DNA of 52,033 nt from Octopus bimaculoides (taxonomy: Eukaryota), in assembly GCF_001194135.2 (NCBI RefSeq), contig NC_068986.1, forward strand, positions 10,232,646 to 10,284,678. Reading direction: 5' to 3'. Below, piece by piece: positions 12,101 through 23,000 of this stretch (positions are counted from its first letter, which is position 1; every line of letters starts with the position of its first letter). The position numbers and the translations under genes are program-made. The notes below the pieces were generated by a model that was given only the letters and a program-made list of their open reading frames with translations, searched no databases and was not told the DNA's origin.

Positions 12101-15100
12101 TACACAGAAATGGAATGAAATGGATCAAAACAAAACAACAGAATCAAAGCTGTCCCTTTCAACAAAAGAGTGTGTGACCAGGCAGCTTGGAATTGCTTTA
12201 GGGGCCTGTTTGGTTGTGAGCAGACAGACACCCTGTTGGACAACTCACCCTTGACTCAGGACATCCAGGTGGTGACATCTGGACGGATAGAGAGGGAGAA
12301 AGAGAGCTGCATCAACACTAGGTTGGTACTTCTTTACAGCTGAGTAGACTGGAGCAAAATGAAATGAAGTGCCTTGCTTAAGGACACAACATGCTTACCC
12401 TGTCAAGTAACTGGATCCATGACATTATGGTCATGAAGCTAATACCCCTACCCACTAGGTTACGTCCTTTCCAAACCATATACACATAATATACCAAGGC
12501 GGGGATTATCACTTGGGGGTCAATCAAAGAAATCGCTGTATCCAGGATTAGTTTGATTTTCAAGTATAAGTGCCCTCCTGCAGCTGAATTCCTTCACTGA
12601 CACAAACCTTTATTGACCCTAAAAAGGACAAAAGACAAAACATATCAAACAGGAAGGGACTGTTGGTCCCTCTCTTCAATAATTCCACACATTACCCTGT
12701 CCTCAAGTGGTTTCTCATAAATGTATAATGTCAGAAATGGTGCTGGAGAGGTTTCAGTTCATTGAATCAGTCTCATCAAATTATGGGTAATTTCATTAAC
12801 CAGCAACAGTGCCACCACATAGCTGCTTCATGTGCTAGAAATAACAACCAAATTTCTCAGATACTATTTCACCATCTTATAAACAAACCACACATTCTGC
12901 AAAATGTAGTTCTAAATATATATAAAAAGATATCATCTTAGAAGCAAAAGGTTTTGATGATAGGCGTTTTCTAGTCAGGAATGACCTAGGGTTAAAAAAT
13001 CTTCATCTTCATGATGAACCCCAAGACATTACTTATAAGGCAGATTGCCCAGTTTCCATGGTGAATAACTGAGATCACAACAGCTGAATGGACTGGAGCA
13101 ATATGGAAAGGAAGTGTTTCACTCAAAAAACACAAAACTCCATCTGGTTTGTGAATTGAAACCATGATCTTGTGATTGTGAGTGCAACACCCTAACCACT
13201 CACCTTCATTGATATTTCATAAACCTGTGCACCATTTAGTTCAGGCTCCTAGCACCAACTGGGCTTACTTGTTAAGACCCCCAAGTATTATAAAATATGG
13301 AATTTTGGCAGTTCACAGATTGGTCTTTATTTCAAGAGAGATTCCTTTATTCAATGTAGTCACTTGACTTGCGAAGATTAGCAGCCAAATCCTCCTTGAA
13401 TCACATCTTACTGTCTTAATAAATGACGAACATATTTCATAACGTAGTCCTAGATAGACTAACTGAAAAGTTAGGAGGGAGGAAGGAGGGTGATGGCTGT
13501 GGAATGTTTTTGATCCAGGATCTGCAGGATCAGTGCTAATTTAGAAGAACAAAAAGCATACCTTTAGCATGACGCCCAAGACAGACAACCCATCATTGGC
13601 TGCTGCAGCGTCTGGAAATGTAGCGTATTTGTTGTAGTTCCAGTGAACCAAATGTAACTGAAATTTCAAAGAAGCATTTAAAGGTTGAGGACGAAATTTT
13701 TAAAAATACAAAACGAAATATAATCAGTCAGGCTATAAACCAAAGTTGAACACCTTATTTCGTTATATAATTGTGTCCGAAACAAGGTTTGAGGCCACTG
13801 TTGTATAAGGAACTACAACAAAGGAAAAGAAGGTGCTTGTAATTAAAAGAAAGCTTAGAGGGTTCAATATCAGTTTAACCCTTTCATTACTAACCCGGCT
13901 GAAACCTCCTCTGGCTCTGTAGTACAAATGTCTTGTTTCCATAAGTTCTCAATTAAAATCTTCCACCAAACCTTAGTCACAATTTATGTACCTAACTCTA
14001 GCTGAATGATAACTAAGTTATGTTACTAAATTCTTTGTTATATTTAAAGTAATTGAAAGGAACACAGAATATCTCAAAAGAGACCGATAGAATAAGTACT
14101 AGGCTTACAAAGAATAAGTCCTGGGATCGATTTGCTCGACTAAAGGCGGTGCTCCAGCATGGCCACAGTCAAATGACTGAAACAAGTAAAAGAGTAAAGA
14201 GAGTAAATAATCTAATAATCAAGAATGATATGAAGAAGTGACCATTGATATTAGGGGATGACAACGGGGCAAACAAGGGCTAATTTCTAACTGCTGTTGC
14301 TGTGACTTATAGGAAGACACTAACTTCACTCCCTATATTTTGGTAAATATTTTGATTCGTGACCCTTCATTTTTATCTCTTAACCTAATTTAACATTTCA
14401 GGTGGAAATACTTCGCAGACTGGTAAAGTCTTTGGCAAAGACATGGTAGTGGATGTGCTTATCTTGTGAACTGCTTGGTGACCTCACTAGTGTGGGTGGC
14501 ATGAAAAAAAAGCAGCCAGTACAATGGTTGATATAAGATGGGTATGTTGTCATGGAAACCATGACAAAACAGACAAGGAAGCAGTTCAGCACAGTTTATT
14601 GACCTGTCAGATTCTGTCAAAGCATCCAGCCTATACCAGCATGGGATCATCATCGTTTAACGTCCGTTTTCCATGTTGGTATGGGTTGGATGGTTTTAAT
14701 GAGGTCTGGAAAGCCAGCAGCTGCACCAGATTTGAATTTGATCTGGCTAGGTTTCTATAGCTGGATGCTCTTCCTAGCATCAACCACTCCGAGAGTGTAG
14801 TGGGTGCATTTTATGTGCCACCGGAATGGGAGCCAGTCAGGGGGCACTGGCATTGGCCACGTTTGGATGGTGCTTTTTGCGTGTCACCGGAAGGGAGCCA
14901 ATCAGGGGGCACTGGCATCGACCACATTCGGATGGTGCTTCATGTGCCACCGGTTCAGGTGCCAACAGGGGGCACTGGCATCGGCGACTTTCAGATGGTG
15001 CTTTTTACGTGCCACCGGAACAGGAGCTAATCAGGGGGCACTGGCATCGGCGACTTTCAGATGGTGCTTTTTACGTGCCACCGGAACAGGAGCTAATCAG

Positions 15101-16175
15101 GGGGCACTGTCATCAGCCATGTTCGTATGATGCATTTTGCGTGCCACATTTTACGTGAACAGGAGCCAATCAGGGGACACTGGCCACAGCTACGATTTTA
15201 GTTTTACTTGATGGATGCTAAATGATGATGAATTCTAGTGGCGGTCTTATAGCTTTATTCTAGTTCCTTGCTTTCGTCTTTTCAAGTTTTAGCTTTATCG
15301 TGATTTTTAAAAAAATATTTTCTCCTATTAATGGCACTTCAAAGAATACTGTCGCTTCTTTGACAATTTCCATTTCGTCCCTCAGTTTTCGTATCTTTCC
15401 CCAATGTGATTTTACACACACACACACACACTCAATGTTTTAGTTCCCTGAACTTGTCAGTGTTAGTTTCCCTAGCTGTTTACAACAGACGAAATGAATC
15501 GAATCTAATAAAACACTGTCTTCATAATTCCTCCACTTGTGTTTCTCTGACAACTTGCTGCTTAATTTATTACACTGGTCTGCTAAACCCTCCCCTTTCT
15601 CTCATATTTAACCAATTTCAGCTACATACACCGGTGTTGCCTTTACAGTCAGAAGAGATATGTTGGTGGAATATTCGTTTAATTTTGCATGATTTATATA
15701 ATTTTTCATTTGTATATCATAGCTTGTTAATTGATCCCACTAATTATCGTACCTGAATAATAAATGTAATGATGTACTACAATTTTCTTCATTCTGACAC
15801 ACAGAGACAGAGTCAGGAGTGTGCTTCTTTCTCAGATATATGAACTACTAAGTATTAGAGCAAAATACTTAAGTTAATTGTTATATAGCCGTATAGGCGG
15901 TTCATCATACTCAAATGGCCCAAGGCACATAACCCCTCTCTCTCTCTCTCTCTAATGTATATGTATATATATATATATATATGTGAGAGAAAGTGAGAGA
16001 GAGTGAAAAGGTTCGAGAGAAAATGCACACAAATCTTCTGTTGGAAAAAAAAAATATATCTATGAAATAAAATATTAACATACTCGGCCGGTTTCGCTTA
16101 TGCTGATCATGACTAAATAGTTAGTGATAATGTTATAGTTTCATGCTATCATAAGTTTTTATTGCATGTTAGTAC

Positions 16176-16240
<65 letters not shown>

Positions 16241-16977
16241 CGAACAAATATATATATATACATATATATACATGCAAATACATATATATAAAGGTACAAG
16301 TAACGCCATACCAATTTTACCGTCATCTGTCCAATTTATAAATCGGACCGTTGACGGCTGTTAAAGTATGGATTAGGTGAACTTCTATATTTATCATAGG
16401 GCAATTCAGTTAGCCAAGTTTGTTTTCCTCGCAGAAAGCTTATAGAATATTCGACGGGATTTTAAACTCTTTCATTATATATATTATAATTTTTATAACT
16501 ACAACCCTTTCAACCCCTTCATCTGATTCCATTAATATACCAATGCTGCATATTTAATTTTTATACCGAACATTTCGGAGTTATTTTCCTTCACTATTCA
16601 CCAAATTTGGTTAACTTTGATTATTGAGCATATTTTTCTCTTCATTGCACAAGTATTTTTTAACGGGAATTTTGTTTCCTCATTTCATTAATGTGTGTGT
16701 GTGCGTGTATGTGTATAAAGGTGCAAGCATTGTTTGTTTCCCAAATGCATGAATTTGGGTCGAGTTTCACTGCGTGGAATCTTCGGCAAGTGTCATCTAC
16801 TACAGCGTCGGGTCCGATCAGAACCGCATGAATGGAATCCGTAGATAGAAACTGAAAGGAGTCTGTTTTACACACACACACACACGTATGTATGTACGTA
16901 TAAGTTTAGCTAATACAACTCAGTCTATTTGTACATAGATTTCTTTTGTGGTGAAGAGTAAGGACATTTTAAAAACT

Positions 16978-17014
<37 letters not shown>

Positions 17015-20000
17015 ACACGTTTAAGAGGTTACCTCTGCCGGGTATGCTTGGCTGTTTATTGTGTGTTCAGAACCCTGGAAATCATTGGAGCCCCAATGAA
17101 AGTGGAAACTTGCCAGTTTGTAGCTAGTTGTATCCAACGGACCACCACTAATGACTGGAGAGAAAATAGATAAAAGCATTAATTATACACATTCAGTTGA
17201 TTACACACACATATATACACTGGGAATAGAGAAACGATATACACATCCTGATTTCATCAATATTATATAATTTTCTATTTATCTGTACAGGGTCTGTTTG
17301 TCCGCCCGTGTGTGTGTACACATGCACCCCACCCCACACGCTTTACAACATTTCTGCTGCCACATATTGTCCCCTGGCCTACATCTACGTGATCCACCTT
17401 CACTTCCAACTGATGTTCTCGATTGACCTCATCTTCACCCCTTCTCTCTTCACACTTCCACTTACTTACCCACCCATACCACTTCCCTTATGTCCACCCC
17501 CTTCTGTAACTTGAGGGTATGTCCTGCCCCATCTTCACCACCATCATCTGTCTTCTCCAATTGAGGTGTCCAAGTACCCACCAAAAGCAAGATGCCTCTT
17601 CTGTCCCTCTATCAATGCCTGACACAAAATCCCCTCCCTCAATACTACTCCCCCCCCACTCAGTTGAGGGGATTTTTCTTGCAGGTTACTTGGAGACCCC
17701 ACTAGTGTCAGTGCCATGGGAAAAGCACCCTGTACATTCTGTAAAGTGGTTGGTACCAGGAAGAGCATCCAGCTGTAGAACCCATGCCAAAGCAGACAGC
17801 AGTGGTTGGTGCAGTTCTCTGGGTCACCAGCTCCTGTAGAACTGTCAGACCCATGCCAACATGGAAAAATGATACGTGTCATAAATCACCAGACGTGGCT
17901 AATTTAGCTGCTTCTTCATGGATTGAAAATGTGATAAACAACCGTAACCCATTTTAACCCACCCAGGTTAACACTATCGAAATTTTGAAGATAATTATAT
18001 TGTAGTGGCGCGTGTGGCCGCCATCTTGGGAAGTGCCATTGCGCATGTGCAAAGAACTTGCCGTCAGCGGAAGTACTCGGGCACGCATGCGCAATGCAAC
18101 AGGTGGAGAGAGAGAGCAATAGCGTTCGTCCTCTTCTCTATCTAGCAGCGGTCGTGACAACACGTATCTTCCAGTTCTCTCAACTCGATACCGACATGTG
18201 GTCGAAGCTTCCTTGGTATTCTAGTGGCATGTCTGTTCACTCAGGAACGAAACAGCTCTACACCAACCTAGAATAAATTATAGATCTGTTGTTACCGTTA
18301 TCCCTCGTGTTGTTGTATTTCTGGATTTTAATGATTAATATAAGAACTGGGGAGAGATGGCCGAGCCGTCATATCTCATCCAATTCTTATAATATAAATA
18401 GGGATAACAAGCATACGGAAGCGTCCAGTTAGCCTTTACTGCAGTAAATAAACCAAATACAACTGTCCTCAAACAAGGACAGTGGGTTAAAATGGGTTAA
18501 TCGCTTTTCAGATCATTGGGTTCTCAGAGGGTCCATATCCATTTGATCAATCTCAGAGAAACAAGCAGCCAATCTATTTATAGACTCAACAAATCCTGCA
18601 GCCACAGAAGACTGGGGATACTAATTTGCATAAATATTAACGCTTGATTTTAAATATCAAGGGGCTTGTCAAAGGGGCTCTCAATCCACACGGTATCAAA
18701 GTATGATCGTATGGTATATGTAACTTATAAGGTACTTTTATGAACAGGGTTACTTTAACTGTTTCCTCTGTAGATTGGGAAAAGGATGAACAGTGTTTAT
18801 CGATTTTTGAATCTAATCGGATTCTCACCAGAGGCATCGACATCAATCTGACCAATCTCAGAGAAACAAGTTGTCAATCTGTTCACATTCGCAACAAGGA
18901 TAGTAGCTACAGAAAAAAATGGAGCTACTAATTCTATAGTCACACAGCAGTATTGAACCCTGGACCTCATGAGTGCAAAGAAAACTTATTAACCACTCGG
19001 CCATGCGAGCGAGGGAGCGTAAGTGAAGGTACGTGGTTTAATGCTTAGGAGATTCGGTTCACGAATTGCGGCTTGCCAGTCCTCAGTCAAATCGTCCAAC
19101 CCATGCTAGCATGGAAAGCGGACGTTAAACGATGATGATGCGAATTCAGTTGGCAGGGAGCTTAGCTGATGGGGGCAGCTGCAAGCTCATCCTCGAAATC
19201 CACCAGCTGTGATCAATGTAATATATATATATATATACCTGCTCAGAGGCCTACGCAAAGAAAAATAAGAAAATAGAGATAAATCAATAATTATTAATTA
19301 CAGAAAGAGAATCTCTGACAGCTGTTTCGATTCGAGCTTTAGAAATTAAAATAATTAAATCANNNNNNNNNNNNNNNNNNNNNNNNNNNNNNNNNNNNNN
19401 NNNNNNNNNNNNNNNNNNNNNNNNNNNNNNNNNNNNNNNNNNNNNNNNNNNNNNNNNNNNNNNNNNNNNNNNNNNNNNNNNNNNNNNNNNNNNNNNNNNN
19501 NNNNNNNNNNTATATATATATATATATATATACGGGGTCTGATCAATAAATATTCGGTCTGTTGCCATGGTAACGAAGCTAAAAGACGCAGAGTAAAGCC
19601 GCTTGACACAGATTGACCTTGTTCTCTGCTGTGCATGCGCACTAAATTTTAACGTTTTTGCTCATTACCACTGTTTACAGCAGTGCTTGGAAGGAAGGTG
19701 TGTAGCATGTGATTGTTGCAATGACTATGACAGAAAGTTGAGCAGAGAATCTGCAGCAAATTTTTCCAAAAGCTTGGCGATACCTGCTCAGAGGCCTACG
19801 CAAAGTTTTCAAAGTTCTCGACACAATCAAGGAGATCTTGTGCAACCGAAGTGTCTTTTTGGTCAGCTGAAAGTGGTTTTGGCACAAACTTGGTAGACAC
19901 GCGTCTCATACCCAAATCTTCAGTGATACCGAACTGAACCATAACTAATCTGGAATCCTCTGATAACTCACGGATGGTGATTCGACGATTTCCCCTCACA

Positions 20001-23000
20001 GCTACACGCACACCTGCGATGTTTTTCTCAGTTTTGCTGGTTGCGGGTCTCTTAGAACGTTCGTCAATATCGACATTTTTTCGGCCATCTTGGAAACGGT
20101 TGAACCACTCGCACACTTGTGTGCAGCTCATACACTCCTCTCCATACATATAGAAACCTTCATGGTAGACATACAAACAGGGCTTATCTATTTCCTCGAA
20201 AATTGTAGAAACGATGATGAACAGCGTTAATCGATTTTCGAAACTCATTGGTTTCTCATCAGGAGTGTCTGCACCAGGGGCGTAGCCAGGGTGGGGCAAA
20301 CAGGGCACATGCCCTGAGCACCACTTTGAGGCGGCGGCGCAATTTTGACACTTGTCCTGGGCACCATTTACCCTAGCTACGGCCCTGATCTGCACTAGTA
20401 TATCAAACCCAGAGAAACAAAGAACAAATTTTGCATAAATAGCTTCAGAGAAATAGAGCAACTAATTTGTACACACACTATATAAAATACACACAAACAT
20501 ACGAAATACACCCCACACTTATACCCATTTCAGAACTCGTATACATTCCTCTACGTGTACACACACAACCCATCCTTTCTCTCTTAACTCCCTCACTCCA
20601 TAAAACTGCATTTATACCTGGCTCCAAATCACTCGCCCATTTTTTTCAAACTTTTCTTCTTTCTCATTATTTTTCTTCTGATGAAGGACGAGCGTCCGAA
20701 ACGTCAAGAGGCTCTTGACGTTAAACTCATACCGTATTTGTTATAACTTGACCCTTTGGTGTTTTTCGATTCATTGCCCTCACTCTCTCTATGTTATTAT
20801 GCACACACACATTAAAAATATTACTAACAAGTTATACTCAATCTTCATTTTAAAAGTAATTTTTCCAAACTGGTAACGGTTGGACAGATTTACCACTTCT
20901 CTATGATGTCCAACTCGTCTCGTCAGTGATGTTCAAATTAGGATTAATAGTAATTACTAATTAGTAATACTTACAATTATCTCCGTTGATTGTGGCCACA
21001 AATGTCAGTCCATTATTGACGCACGACATATTCGGTTCAGGCGAATAATCGGCCTTGAGGGCGTATTTGTGTTTCACGGCTTTCGCACTGCCAGTTTCTA
21101 TATTGACTGGAGACTGTTTTTGGCCAGCCGCTTTGGGATAATCACGCGCCCACACACTAGGACCTAAAGAAAAAGACATAAGAACATACGTAAGTAAGTA
21201 TACACGTTTGTAACATTAACAAGCAAGAGTCCGACAAGATATAGTTTGTTAACCCCACGGTTATCGTTCAAACTTTTAATACTGGAAAACTTCTAGCTTG
21301 GCGTTTGTCTTTTTTAAAGTGGCTAACCATATTCCTTCGAACTGATTACCCCAAAGAATATATAATGTGTCAATTCGTGACACACACACACACACACACG
21401 TATATGTGGTTGTGTGCGCGAGTGCGTGCGTGTATGCGTGCGTATGTCTGCGTGTGTGTATGTGTGTGTGTATGTATGTGTGTATATGTGTGTGTGTGTA
21501 TGTGTGCGTGCGTATGTGTGTGTATATGTGTGTGTGTACGTACAACATTGTATCCAAAAGTATCTCTAAATAAGTGGCCACCCTGACTGTATCTCGAAAT
21601 CCACTTGGTCAATGGTAAATCTCCAAATGTAAGGAGATAACCAAATTTTGTTGAGCAGCAAGTGAGAACAGTTTTTATGTCCATATTTAAAACCATTTCA
21701 CGTCCTTCATGCTGCTTTGCTTGTCAGGTCTTAAAAAATCTCTTTATCTCTTACACATACAACACTACTAAAACTGCATTCAAAACACTAATTTCTGTTA
21801 TCAGAAAAGATAAGATATTTCAATCTTCAGTAATTGCTGACAGTGCTATAAATCACAACTGACATTATTAATTTAAAGAGCTGCTGCTGCTACAACAAAC
21901 AATTTAGTCTACAGCCCAGTGAAGGCCACACGGCATATTAACAGACAATTTAATCTACAGCCCAATGAAGGCTACACGGTAGATTAGTAGACACAATTTA
22001 GTACACAATCCAATGAAGGCTACACGGCAGATTGAAGGACAATTTAGTCGACAATCTAATAAAGGCTACACGGTAGATTAGCAGACACAATTTAATATAC
22101 AGTCCAATGAAAGCTACACGGCAGAATAACAGACAATTTAGTCTACAGCCCAATGAAGATTACACGGTAGATTAGCAGACACAATTTAGTATACATGTAA
22201 GAACGACCGTGCGAACTCAAAAAGGATATAGTAGAAAGTGGGTTATACATCTTTAGACGTATACCTGACTTTCCTACTATAAACTTAGAATATAACGGAA
22301 CGCTGAACTCCAGACTATCAACTTAAACAACACTTTATTTAGGTGGTAAATATATACATCTTTAGTTCTTGTTGTTACAGCTTCTGTTGTGTATGAGCAT
22401 AGTTGTTGGGACGTTGTTCTGTAGTTGTGAGCGAGCTGTCGAGTGTAAGTCCGAAAGATGTAGAGAGACAGCTTAACACGTCCTTGCTCATTCGCTGGCC
22501 AGCGAGANNNNNNNNNNNNNNNNNNNNNNNNNNNNNNNNNNNNNNNNNNNNNNNNNNNNNNNNNNNNNNNNNNNNNNNNNNNNNNNNNNNNNNNNNNNNN
22601 NNNNNNNNNNNNNNNNNNNNNNNNNNNNNNNNNNNNNNNNNNNNNNNNNNNNNNNNNNNNNNNNNNNNNNNNNNNNNNNNNNNNNNNNNNNNNNNNNNNN
22701 NNNNNNNNNNNNNNNNNNNNNNNNNNNNNNNNNNNNNNNNNNNNNNNNNNNNNNNNNNNNNNNNNNNNNNNNNNNNNNNNNNNNNNNNNNNNNNNNNNNN
22801 NNNNNNNNNNNNNNNNNNNNNNNNNNNNNNNNNNNNNNNNNNNNNNNNNNNNNNNNNNNNNNNNNNNNNNNNNNNNNNNNNNNNNNNNNNNNNNNNNNNN
22901 NNNNNNNNNNNNNNNNNNNNNNNNNNNNNNNNNNNNNNNNNNNNNNNNNNNNNNNNNNNNNNNNNNNNNNNNNNNNNNNNNNNNNNNNNNNNNNNNNNNN

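Noticed and set aside
16080-16120. Minus-strand CATGATCA-GC..GC-GAAAC-CGGCCG-AGTA string; also GCCCTAAGGGCGAAG near 49752
   Set aside because: The cores are too degenerate and stem I is absent.
19235-19260. 26-bp exact copy of mariner-arm sequence 19780-19805
   Set aside because: Too short, and next to (TA)n and a gap; a fragment or assembly artefact.
20233-20262. Minus-strand CTGATGA-GAAAC..GTTTC-GAAA-ATCGAT-TA hammerhead-like motif
   Set aside because: No stem I pairing could be found; counted only as a degenerate remnant.
19796-20461. 221-aa ORF
   Set aside because: A chimeric read-through of a hAT MITE, non-coding sequence and a mariner remnant; not a gene.
21893-22195. Regularly spaced repeats resembling a CRISPR array
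   Set aside because: Contiguous tandem units with no unique spacers, in a eukaryotic intron.
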